Origin: an uncultured Chloroflexia bacterium
Lineage (GTDB): Bacteria; Chloroflexota; Limnocylindria; Limnocylindrales; CSP1-4
Assembly: GCA_963763075.1 (NCBI GenBank)
Contig: CAVXNF010000008.1
Location: 128,478-192,477 of the forward strand
Length of the DNA stretch: 64,000 nucleotides
Direction: 5' to 3'
Made by a program: the position numbers and the translations under genes. The notes beneath the pieces are model-generated. The model was not told the DNA's origin and did no database searches. It saw only the letters and a list, made by a program, of their open reading frames with translations. How positions within the stretch are numbered: the stretch's first letter is position 1; every line of letters begins with the position of its first letter. Positions 39,010 through 49,229 of this stretch are shown here, piece by piece.

Positions 39010-39851
39010 CGGGCACGCCGACATCGTGATCCAGCTGTCGGCCAGAGAGGCCGCTGCGGTCATCCCAGCTGAACGTCGCGTGGATCATCAGCCATCCGGA
39101 CCTCGTCACCGACGAGCTCCTGTGCGGCAACGACCTCGTGTTCGCCGCGTCGACCGGCTCGCCGCCCATCTCGCGTCGCGGTCGGGACGCCCCGTCACAC
39201 CCCTCTACCAGGCGACCGATCCCGACCGCTTCCACCCGGGCGCCGACGGACCCGTCCACGACCTGCTGTTCGTTGCGGGATTTCGCGCTGCGCGACGGCC
39301 CGTCATCGACGAGCTGACGCCGACCCCCCTCGCGCTCGCGGTCTACGGGCGGGGTGGACGGCCGACAGCATCGACCCGCGCCACATCGCCGGCGACTATG
39401 TGCCAAACCGGGATTTGGCCGGCTACTACTCGGCTGCCGGCATCGTGCTCAACGACCATTGGGCGGACATGGCCGCATGGGGGGTGCTCTCCAACCGGCT
39501 CTACGACGCGGCCGCCAGCGGAGCCTTCGTCATCTCCGATCACGTCGACGGCATCGAGGCGGAGTTCGACCACGGGATCGCGACCTTCCGATCGGGCTCC
39601 GAGCTGCGACGGATGGTCCGTCACTACCTCGGCCACCCCGAGCAGCGACGGAGATGGCCCTGCGGGCACGTGAGGCAGTCGTCGCCCGGCACACGTTCTC
39701 GCATCGGGTCGACGCGCTGCTCGACGAGATCGAGCGCTGGCGCGCTCGCGCGGAGCCTCCACGAGCGGACCTCGTGACCGCAGCTCGCGCCAGCCGCGAA
39801 CCCGGTCAGGCAGCGTCCGGCGGCAGCACCCTGTGGAACGTCGCGTCGTAG
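39010..39851 (+). pseudogene. CgeB-like / Glyco_trans_1_2-type glycosyltransferase remnant: N-terminally truncated and frameshifted
   Basis: WIISHPDLVTDELLCGNDLVFAAS (hand-read), PVTPLYQATDPDRFHPGADGPVHDLLFVAGFRAARRPVIDEL (ORF 38612..39673), YYSAAGIVLNDHWADMAAWGVLSNRLYDAAASGAFVISDHVDGIEAEF (ORF 39400..39777), EMALRAREAVVARHTFSHRVDALLDEI (ORF 39354..39851). There is no room for the usual ~100 N-terminal residues, because the TatD remnant occupies that DNA on the other strand. Confidence 0.5.
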
Positions 39852-40642
39852 GCGGCCACGAGCCCGTCGCCCAGCTCGTCCTCCCCCACCCCGCGGCGTT
39901 CGGCGGCCCAGCGCGCGGTGATCGCGACCGCGGACGGCTCGTTGCGGCCGCGCGGCCCGCCGGGCGGCGTGAGGAACGGCGCGTCGGTCTCGACGAGCAG
40001 CCGGCCGGCCGGGACGCGCGTCACCGCCTCGGCGGATGCCTCCTCGCCGCGCCGGAACACGAGGCCCGAGAACGAGACCGCGAGGCCCATCGCCACGACC
40101 GTCTCCGCGTAGTCGACCGGGCCGCTGAACGAGTGGATCACGGCGGGCGGGCGCTGCCCGAACGCCTCGCGGCGTGCCGCACCGTCGAACCCGGCGGCAC
40201 GCAGCTCCTCGACGAGCGCGTCCTGGGCGTCGCGCTCCCCGGCCTTCGACCGGCAGTGGAGGATCGCGGGCTTGCCCGTCTCGAGCGCGAGCGCGAGGTT
40301 GCGCCGCAGGTTGTCGAGCTGGTCGGGCCACGGCGAGAACAGCCGGTCCGAGTCGAGCCCGGTCTCGCCGATCGCGAGCACGCGGTCGTCGCGTGCCCAG
40401 TCGATGATCCGCCGCCAGGCGTCGGCGTCGACCTTGGCGGCGTCGTGCGGATGGACGCCGACCGCGGCGTCGAGCCACGGCCAGCGCGCGACGAGCTCCA
40501 GCGCACGCGCCGAGGAGCGCTCGTTCCAGCCCGGGACCATGAGCCGCTCGAGGCCCGCGAGCCGCGCGCCGCCGACGACGAGCTCGACGTCGCCGTCGAA
40601 CCGGTCGGCGTTGAGGTGCCCGTGCGAATCGACGAGGCGCAT
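39806..40642 (-). CDS. tatD: TatD-family metal-dependent hydrolase/DNase, intact
   Basis: Single frame within ORF 39806..41005: MRLVDSHGHLNADRF..AVGVHPHDA..AIGETGLDSDR..PAILHCRS..VIHSFSG..VSFSG..LLVETDAPFLTPPGGPRGRNEP. The ATG lies 8 nt after the metG stop. Confidence 0.85.
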   Translation of the reverse strand: MRLVDSHGHLNADRFDGDVELVVGGARLAGLERLMVPGWNERSSARALELVARWPWLDAAVGVHPHDAAKVDADAWRRIIDWARDDRVLAIGETGLDSDRLFSPWPDQLDNLRRNLALALETGKPAILHCRSKAGERDAQDALVEELRAAGFDGAARREAFGQRPPAVIHSFSGPVDYAETVVAMGLAVSFSGLVFRRGEEASAEAVTRVPAGRLLVETDAPFLTPPGGPRGRNEPSAVAITARWAAERRGVGEDELGDGLVAAYDATFHRVLPPDAA

Positions 40643-40650
40643 CGCCGTGC

Positions 40651-42305
40651 TCAGGCCGGCGTGGGCTCGGCGGCCTCCGCCTCGATCCGCGGGAACAGCG
40701 GCGCCGGGGGTGTCGATCACGCGCCCGGTCTCGCCGGCGGCCGCGCCCCACTCGAGCAGCGCCAGGATGTCGGGGCCGTCGTTGCCGTCGGCGGCGTACG
40801 GGTAGTCGTAGCCCAGCTGCTCGAGGATCCGCGGCGCGGCCCCGGGCATGAACGGCGCGACGGCGAGCCCGATGAGCCGGCACGCCTCCACGAGGTCGCC
40901 CAGCACGAGCCGGAGGTGCGCGGCCGCGGCCTCGTCGCCCGCCTTGGCGGCCTTGGCCAGCGTCCACGGCTGCTCCGCGTCGACGGTCTTGTTCGCCCCG
41001 CCCACGAACGTCCACAGCTCCGCGAGCGCGTCGTGGAGCAGGCAGCGCGTCGAGCGCCTCGCGGTAGCGGCGCAGCGTGTCCGCCCAGCCCTCGCCGAGC
41101 GGCGAGTCGGCGGCGGCGCGCGGCGCCGGCCGCTCGCCGCCGAGGTAGCGGTTGACCATCGACACGGTGCGGTTGACGAGGTTCCCGAAGTCGTTGGCGA
41201 GGTCCGCGTTGTAGCGCCGGCGGAAGGAGTCCCAGCTGACCTCGGTGTCGCGGTCGAAGGCGACCTCGCGCAGGGTCGTGTAGCGCGCGCCGTCGGCGCC
41301 GAACGCGGCCACGACCGCCTGCGGCTCGAGGAAGTTGCCGAGGCTCTTGCTCATCCGCTCGCCGCCCGCGACGAGCAGCCAGCCGTGGACCCAGACGTGC
41401 TTCGGCGGCTCGATCCCGGCGCGACCACAGCATGGCCGGCCAGTAGATCGTGTGGAAGCGGGCGATGTCCTTGCCGATGACGTGCAGGTCGGCCGGCCAC
41501 CAGCGCCGGAACGCCTCGAGGTCGTCGGGGAAGCCGGCACCGGTGATGTAGTTGATCAGCGCGTCGTACCAGACGTAGATCGTGCCCGCCTCGGGTCCCA
41601 CGAGCCGTCCTCGCGCTCGCGCGGTCTCGCCGTTCTCGGCGATCGGGAACGGGATGCCCCACGTGGCGCCGGCGCGGCTGATCGAGAAGTCCTGGAGGCC
41701 CTGGCGGATGAACCCCAGCATCTCGTTGCGGCGGTAGTCGGGCTGCACGAAGTCGGGGTGCGCCTCGTACCACGCGAGCAGCCGGTCCTGGTAGGCCGAC
41801 AGGCGGAAGAACCAGTTGCGCTCGCTGAGCCACTGGAGCTCGACGTCGGGTGGTTGGGGCACTGCATGCCCTTCGCCGTCTCGAGCAGGTCCGAGGCGTT
41901 CTTGAACCCCTCGTTCGGGCAGTACCAGCCCTCGTACGTGTCGAGGTAGATGTCGCCGTTGGCGTAGGCGCGGCGGACCATCTCCTGCGCCGACCGGTAG
42001 TGGTCGGGATCGGTCGTGCGGATGAACCGGTCGGGGCTGATGAGCAGCGCGTCCTCGGCCTCGCGGAACAGCTCGACCTTCTCGTCGACGAACTCGCGCG
42101 GCGTCCGGCCCTGCGCCGCGGCGGTCTGGGCGATGTTGACGCTGTGCTCGTCGGTGCCGGTCAGGAACCGGGTGTCGTCGCCCAGCATCCGGTGCCAGCG
42201 CGCGATGACGTCGGCCCCGATCACCTCGTACACGGTGTGGAGCCCGGGGGCGTTGTTGGCGTACGCGATCGCGGTCGTCAGGTAGAAGCGCGGGCGGTCG
42301 GACAT
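40651..42305 (-). CDS. metG: Methionyl-tRNA synthetase (short, single-chain form), frameshifted
   Basis: MSDRPRFYLTTAIAYANNAPGLHTVYEVIGADVIARWHRMLGDDTRFLTGTDEHS (ORF 41556..42374). WLSERNWFFRLSAYQDRLLAWYEAHPDFVQP..ISRAGATWGIPFP..YVWYDALINYITG..LHVIGKDIARFHTIYWPAML (frame of 40717..44322). WLLVAGGERMSKSLGN (KMSKS, ORF 39624..41540). Anticodon-binding part in ORF 39806..41005. Stop TGA at 40651. Confidence 0.9.
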
Positions 42306-42334
42306 GGCCGGCCGATGGTAGCAAGCGCCGCCGG

Positions 42335-43868
42335 TCAGCCGGCCGGGATCGCGGCCCTCGCGGCGCTCGAGCACGGCGTGGCACAGGGCACTGGACTCCG
42401 CCTCGTGGACCTCGGCCCGACGACGGCCGCGGGCCGACCGTCGCCCGCGCCGCCCCGAGGCTCGCGAACGCGGCCGCGACCGCGGGCGCGGGCGGCGGCC
42501 GCGGGCCGGAGGTCGTGCGCGATCCTCGCCATCTCGAGCTCGATCGTGAGGATCCCCTCGAGCAGGTCGAGGGCGCGCTGCCGTCAGCGCCGCCGCGACC
42601 GGGGCGTTGGTCGCGTGGTCCTCGACCGCCGAGGTCGAGGATGCCCACGTCGAGCGACACGGGGTTCGCGGCGTGCCGGAGCTCGGACGCGAGCGCGGCA
42701 GCGGCGTAGCGCGACAGGCCGCCGCCCTCGTCGACGAGGCGCTCCATGACGCCCTCGTCGGAGAACACGTCCGCGACCGACGCCCACAGGTGGTTCATCC
42801 GCCGGTCCGAGAGCTGGCCGACGTGGGCCGCCGCGGGCCGGAGGGCGTCGAGCGCGAGCGCGAGCACCATCGGGTGGAAGTTGCCGTTGCTCAGCATCCG
42901 TCCCGACGCGATGTCCACCAGCGGGTTGTCGTCCATCGCGTTGAGCTCGAGCTGCACGGCGTCGCGGAGCAGCGTGACGAACGCCCGGAACGCGCCGTGG
43001 ACCTGCGGCCCGACCCGGAACGACAGCGGGTCCTGGACCGAGCGTGGGCCGCCCGGCTCGTACAGCGGGCTGCCGGCGAGGAACCCGCGGATGCTCGCGC
43101 CCGCGGCGAGCTGGCCGGGCACGGGCTTGGCGCGCAGGACGGCCTCGTCGAGGATCGACGGGTTGCCGGCGGTCGCCTCGAGCGACGCGGCGAGCACGAG
43201 GTCCGCGGCCGCGGCGACGCGCTCGGCCCGTGCGACGAGCAGCGCCGCGTGCCCGATCGCGACCCCGTTCGCGGAGATCACCGTCAGGCCGTCCTTGGGC
43301 TCGAGCTCGATCGGGGCGAGGCCGACCGCCGCAAGGGCGTCACCCCCGGCATGACCTCGCCGCCGACCTCGGCATAGCCGCGCCCGATGAGGACCTGCGC
43401 GATCGCCGCCATGTGCATCAGGTCCGACGCGCCGATCGAGCCGGTCGCGGGCACGACCGGGTGGACCCGGGCGTTGAGCAGGTCGACGAACGCCTGGGCC
43501 ATCGGCCGGCTCGCGCCGGAGCCGCCGCGGGCGATGCCGTTGAGCCGGGCGACCATCGCGGCCCGCACCACCGCGGCCGGGAGCGGCTCGCCGACGGCGC
43601 CCTCGTGCGCCCCGACGATGAGCGCCTGCATCTCGCGCAGCGACTCGCGGGGCAGCGGCACGTCGCGCTGGTGCCCGAGGCCGGTGTTCAGCCCGTACAC
43701 GAGCGCCGGGCCGTCCACGACGCGGTCGACGATCGCGCGGCTGGCCTCGATCACGCGCCAGGCGTCGTCGCCGAGCCGCACCCGGGAACCGTTCGCGATC
43801 GCCACCAGGTCGTCGAGCGCGAGCTCGTCCGTCCCGATGACGACCTCGGCCGTCTCGACCGCGGTCAC
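42335..43868 (-). CDS. Histidine/aromatic amino-acid ammonia-lyase family protein with non-canonical ASD at the MIO position; frameshifted; 3' end uncertain
   Basis: ORF 43284..44021 from the internal GTG (43868): VTAVETAEVVIGTDELALDDLVAIANG..VYGLNTGLGHQRD..LLNARVHPVVPATGSIGASDLMHMAAIAQVLIG. Continues in the frame of 40717..44322: LEPKDGLTVISANGVAIG..QDPLSFRVGPQVHGA..NAMDDNPLV..SNGNFHP. Confidence 0.7.
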
Positions 43869-44322
43869 GCCGGCGCGGCTCGGTCGGCCGGGCTCGTCCA
43901 GCTCGACCCACTGGCGTCGCCACGTCGGGCGCCGGGAACGGCTCGGCCCAGTAGGTCGTCTCGCGGTACACGCGCCCGTCGCGCAGCTGGATGATGTCGA
44001 CGACGAGGTACTCGCGGTCATGCGGGTAGAGGTTCGACCACTCGGCGGTCCAGGTGTCGCCCGCCCCGGCCACCGCGACGAGCGTCCCCGACGGCGTCAC
44101 GACGTACTGGTCCTCGCTGCCGCGCAGGCGCCGCTCCTTCGCCTCCCAGGCGCCACCGGGGTAGGCGTCGATGATCGCGCGCATCGCCGGGCTGGAGGTC
44201 ACCCGCTCGCCGCTCTGCGGCCACTCGCACTGCCAGTCCCTGTGGCGCAGCGCCTCGGCCGTGTCATGGTCGCGGGTGGAGACCGCCACGCAGTAGCGGC
44301 GGACGATGTCCTCGTTGGTCAT
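43865..44322 (-). CDS. NTF2-like (SnoaL/ketosteroid-isomerase-like) small protein; C-terminal frame uncertain
   Basis: N-terminus of the 1201-aa ORF 40717..44322: MTNEDIVRRYCVAVSTRDHDTAEALRHRDWQCEWPQSGERVTSSPAMRAIIDAYPGG..WTAEWSNLYPHDREYLVVDIIQLRDGRVYRETTYWAEPFPAP. A TGA in the third frame overlaps the HAL-like GTG (GTGA at 43865-43868). Confidence 0.5.
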
Positions 44323-44370
44323 GGCGCGATGATGCGCCTGCGGACGCCGCGGTCAAGGCCGCGACGGCGG

Positions 44371-46025
44371 TCAGTGGCGGAAGTGGCGGGTCCCGGTCAC
44401 GACCATCGCGGCGCCCGCCGCGTCCACGTCGGCGAGGACCTCGGCGTCGCGCATCGAGCCGCCGGGCTGGACGATGGCCGTCACGCCGGCGTCGAGCAGC
44501 AGCTGCGGGCCGTCCGGGAACGGGAAGAACGCGTCCGAGGCGGCGACGGCGCCCGTGGCCCCGGCCTCGCCCTGGAACTGGCGCGCCTTGTCGACGGCGC
44601 CGCGGCACGCGTCCACGCGGCTCACCTGCCCGCTGCCCAGCCCCACGAGCATGCCGTCGCGGACGAGCAGGATCGCGTTCGAGACGACGCCGCGGCACAG
44701 GCGCCAGGCGAGGTCGAGGTCGGCGCGCTCGCGATCGCTCGGCGCGCGCTTCGTGACGACCGTCCAGCCCGCCGGGTCGTCGTCGAGCGTGTCGGGTGCC
44801 GTGACGAGGACCGCGCCGCCGGCCGTGCGGAACGAGCCGAGCGGATCGGGCGTGGCGGGGACGGCGGCGGGATCGCCCAGCGCGCGATCGACGACCAGGC
44901 GGAGGTTCGGCTTCGTCGCGAGGACCTCGCGGGCACCCGCATCGAACGCGGGCGCGACGACGACCTCGAGGAAGATCGAGGTCAGGCGCTCCGCGAGCGC
45001 GCGATCCACCGGCTCCGGTGATCGCCACGACGCCGCCGAACGCGGACACCGGGTCGCCGGCGAGCGCCGCGTCCCACGCCTCGAGCAGCGGTCGGGCGCT
45101 CGGCGGCGCCGCACGGGTTGGTGTGCTTGACGATGACGACGCCCGGGCCGCGGAGCAGCCGCGCGAGCGACGCCGCCGCGGACGCGTCGAGGACGTTGTT
45201 GTAGCTGAGCGCCTTGCCCTGGAGCGGCGGCTCGCCGCCCGCGAACGGCCCGTCGCCCGGCTGCGGCTCGCGGTCCGTGCGCCGGTAGCGCGCGGCCGGC
45301 TGGTGCGGGTTCTCGCCGTAGCGCAGCGTGTCGACCTTCTCGAGCGAGACGGTGAGCACCGGCGGGTACGGGTCCGCGGCGCCGGGGAACCCCGGGTCCG
45401 GCGGCAGCTCGATCCCGGCGGCGGCCATCCGTGCCGGCAGCTCCGCGGCGATCCGGGCGTCGTACGCGGCGGTGTGGCGGTACGCCTCGACGGCGAGCGC
45501 GCTCCGCAGCGCCAGCGGCACCTCGCCGTGCGCGTCGAGCGCCTCGAGGATCGCCGGGTAGCGCGCGGGCGAGGTGACGATCGCGACGCTCGCGTGGTTC
45601 TTCGCCGCCGCACGCACCATCGACGGCCCGCCGATGTCGATCTCCTCCACGAGCTCGTCGAACGTGAGGCCCGGCTTGCGGGCCGCCTCGGCGAACGGGT
45701 AGAGGTTGACGACGACGAGGTCGAACGGGGCGATCCCGGCGGCCGCGAGCGCCTCGCGGTGGTCCGCGCGCCGGCGATCGGCGAGCAGCCCGGCATGGAC
45801 CCGCGGGTGGAGCGTCTTCACCCGGCCGTCGAGCATCTCGGGGAAGCCCGTGACGGCGGCGACGTCGGTCACGGGCAGCCCGGCCTCGCGCAGCGCGCGG
45901 GCGGTCCCGCCGGTGCTGACGAGCTCGAAGCCGCGCGCGACGAGGCCGCGGCCGAGGTCCGCGAGCCCGGCCTTGTCCGAGACGGACAGGAGCGCCCGGC
46001 GCGGGACCGGGGCGTGTGCGTCGAC
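44371..46025 (-). CDS. purH: AICAR transformylase / IMP cyclohydrolase (PurH module); no own start codon, continuous with the PurN module; two frameshifts near 45060
   Basis: ORF 44982..46517: [81 protein letters not shown]. Short segment [23 protein letters not shown] (ORF 44264..45796). Tail of ORF 44371..47778: ..[55 protein letters not shown]. Confidence 0.9.
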
Positions 46026-46641
46026 CGTCGCCGGGTCGAGGCGGGTCCGGCGGTCGCCCGGCCCGGCGGTGACGGCCCCGGCGAGCAGGTTCGCGACCGC
46101 GGTCGGCAGCAGCCGGTGCTCGACCGCGTGGAGCCGCTCGAGGAGCGTGTCCTCGGTGTCGTCCTGCAGCACCGGGACGGCCTCCTGGGCGACGATCGGG
46201 CCGCCGTCGAGGGTCGCGTCGACGAGATGGACCGTGACCCCCGTGACGGCGACGCCGGCGGCGAGCGCGTCGCGCACGGCGTGCAGCCCCGGGAACGCCG
46301 GGAGCAGGCTCGGGTGGACGTTGAGGATCCGGCCGGCGAACGCGGCGAGCACGCGCGGCCCGACGAGCCGCAGGTAGCCGGCGAGGACGAGCACGTCCGG
46401 CTCGACCGCGGCCAGCGTGTCCGCGAGCACCTCGTCGTCGCCGCCCGGGACGAGGATCGTCTCGATCCCCTGCTCCGCCGCCCAGTCGAGCGCCGGGCAG
46501 GCGCGATCGGCGAACACGAGCGTGACCGTCGCCGCCCAGCTCGCCTCGAGCCGCCGACGCGACGAGCGCCCGGAGGTTGGAGCCGCTCCCCGAGACGCCG
46601 ACGGCGATCCGACGCACGGCCGGTGCCCCGTCCCCGCTCAC
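46026..46641 (-). CDS. purN: Phosphoribosylglycinamide formyltransferase (PurN module), one frameshift near 46530; runs in-frame into the PurH module
   Basis: GTG start overlaps the purM stop (GTGA). [27 protein letters not shown] (frame of 44371..47778). Then ORF 44982..46517: [83 protein letters not shown]. Confidence 0.85.
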
Positions 46642-47778
46642 GACGTCGCTTCCGCGTACCGCTCCCCGCCGATCGCGTCGCGCCGCACGACCTCGCCGAT
46701 GACCCAGGCCGGGACGCCGCGCGCCCGTGCAAGGTCCACCGTGCGGTCGCGGCCGCCGCCGGGACGATGACGACCATCCCGATGCCCGCCGTTGAACGTC
46801 GCCCGCAGCTCGTCGTCCTCGAGCGCGCCGATCGCGCCCAGCAGCCGCATCACGGACGGCATCGGCCACGTGCCGGGGTCCAGCCGCGCGCCGAGGGCCT
46901 CCGGGAGCGCCCGTGGCACGTTGCCCGGCAGCCCGCCGCCGGTGATGTGCGCCATGCCGCGGACGTCGTCGCCCGCGGCCACGAGCGCCTCGCGGATCGC
47001 CAGCACGTCCCGGGCGTAGATCCGGGTCGGCGTCAGCAGCACCTCGCCCAGCGTCGCCAGCTCGTGCGCGGGCTCGGCCGCCAGCAGTCCGTCCGTCGCC
47101 GCGTCGCCCAGCACCCGCCGCAGCAGCACCTGGTACGGCCCGCGCAGGTCGAGATCGTGCTGCGCGACGAGCGCCCGCACGAGCGAGTAGCCGTTCGCGT
47201 GGAGGCCCGGACGAGGCGAGTCCCACGATCGCGTCGCCGGCCTGCGCCGCCGTCCCGTCGAGCAGGCGGTCGCGCTCGGCGATGCCGATGCAGAAGCCCG
47301 CGAGATCGAACTCGTTCGCCTCCATCAGGCCCGGGTGCTCGGCGGTCTCGCCGCCGACGAGCGCACAGCCCGCCTGGCGGCAGCCCTCCGCGACGCCCGC
47401 GACGAGCTCCGCGACGTTGCGCGGCTCGAGCCGCCCGACCGCCACGTAGTCGAGGAACGCGAGCGGCTCGGCGCCGCTGCACACGACGTCGTCCGCGCAC
47501 ATCGCGACGAGGTCCTGGCCGATCGTGTCGTAGCGGCCCAGCGCCCACGCGATGGCCGTCTTCGTGCCCACGCCATCGGTGGAGGACACGATCACCGGCT
47601 CGCGGAACCCGGGCGGGATCGCGACCGCGGAGCCGAACCCGCCGAGGCCGCCCAGGACCTCGGGGCGACGCGTCGACGCGACCGAGGCGCGCATCAGCTC
47701 GACCGCGCGCTCCCCGGCATCGACGTTGACGCCGGCGCGCGTGTACGCCGCCCGTCCGCTCACGACGCCAGACGCCAC
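46638..47778 (-). CDS. purM: Phosphoribosylaminoimidazole (AIR) synthetase, frameshifted
   Basis: The GTG start lies 1 nt after the purF stop. [81 protein letters not shown] (ORF 44371..47778). Then ORF 46638..47180 (..[18 protein letters not shown]..). Confidence 0.9.
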
Positions 47779-47779
47779 G

Positions 47780-49229
47780 TCATACGCCGGCCGGCGCCAT
47801 CTCGAGCATGAACTTGCGCCCGGCGACGTCGTACGGCACGGGCTCCGGGTAGTTGCCGTCGAAGCAGGCGAAGCAGAACTGCTCGTACGGCAGGTCGAGG
47901 CCGGCGAGGACGCCGCGCACGGACAGGTAGCCCAGCGAGTCGGCGCCGATGAACTCGCGGATCTCGGGGATCGTGTGGGTCGACGCGATGAGCTCGGTCT
48001 CGATCGAGGTGTCGATGCCGTAGAAGCAGGGGTGGAAGATCGGCGGCGCGCTGATCCGGACGTGGACCTCGGCGGCGCCGGCCCGCCGCAGCAGGCCGAC
48101 GATCTGCTTGGTCGTGGTGCCGCGCACGATCGAGTCGTCCACGACGATCAGCCGCTTGTCGCGGATGACCTCGCGCAGCGGGCTGAGCTTCACGTTGACG
48201 CCGCGCTGGCGCATCGCCTGGCTCGGCTGGATGAACGTGCGGCCGCTGTACCGGTTGCGGACGAGGCCCTCGCGGTACGGGATGCCCGATGCCTCGGCGA
48301 AGCCCGCCGCGGCCGGCGCCCCGGTGTCCGGGACGGGCATCACGAGGTCCGCGTCGACCGCGTGCTCCTTCGCCAGCTGCATCCCCATCTGGCGCCGCGC
48401 CTCGTACAGGTTGCGACCCTCCATGTACGAGTCCGGGCGGGCGAAGTAGATGAGCTCGAACACGCACAGCGCGGGCGTCGCTTCCGCGTAGCGCACCGAG
48501 ACCGGGTCCTTGCCGGCCTGGAGCACGACGATCTCGCCCGGCTCGACGTCGCGCTCGTAGGTCGCGCCCGACGATGTCGAGCGCCGCGGTCTCCGAGGCG
48601 AGGATCCAGCCGCCGGTGCCGTCGTCCCACAGCCCGGGCGCGCCGTCGTCGGCCGCGGGCATCGGCAGCCGCCCGAGGACGAGCGGCCGGAACCCGTGCG
48701 GGTCGCGGACGCCGATCACCCGCTGCTCGTCGAGGATCACGAGGCTGAACGCGCCGCGGACCCGCGGCAGCACCTTCAGCAGGGCGTCGACCGTGTCGGC
48801 GGCGGGCTCGTCGGCGAGGAGCGCGGTCAGCAGCTCCGTGTCGGTGCTGGCGGGCAGCCGGCCGCGGCCGCCCTCGAGCTGGTCGAGCAGCTCGCGGGTG
48901 TTGACGAGGTTGCCGTTGTGCCCGATCGCGAGCGCCCGCCGCGGCCCGAGCCGGAGCGTCGGCTGGGCGTTCTCCCAGACCGTGGAGCCGGTCGTCGAGT
49001 AGCGGCAGTGGGCCACGGCGAGGTCGCCCACGAGCGACGGGATGCGCCGCTCGTCGAGCACCTGGCCGACCATGCCCAGGTCCTTGTAGATCATCAGCTG
49101 CCGCCCGTCGGAGACGCCGATGCCGGCCGACTCCTGGCCGCGGTGCTGGAGCGCGAACAGCGCGGTCGCGGCGACGGCCGCGGCCTCGTGGCCGTGCTCG
49201 GGAAGGACGACGCCGACGACCCCGCACAT
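47780..49229 (-). CDS. purF: Amidophosphoribosyltransferase, one frameshift near 48545
   Basis: MCGVVGVV (N-terminal Cys after Met)..[29 protein letters not shown] (frame of 47760..50504). Then ORF 47780..48526 (PRTase motif [14 protein letters not shown], Fe-S Cys residues [16 protein letters not shown]). Confidence 0.9.

Noticed and set aside
40717-44322. 1201-aa minus-strand ORF that looks like one giant protein
   Set aside because: It is a chimeric frame. It is in-frame for the NTF2-like gene, then off-frame, then in-frame for the middle of the HAL-like gene, then parts of metG. Intergenic stops fall in other frames because of the indels. The 1135-aa ORF 44371..47778 (purM N-terminus, junk, purH C-terminus) and the 1320-aa ORF 48340..52302 have the same explanation.
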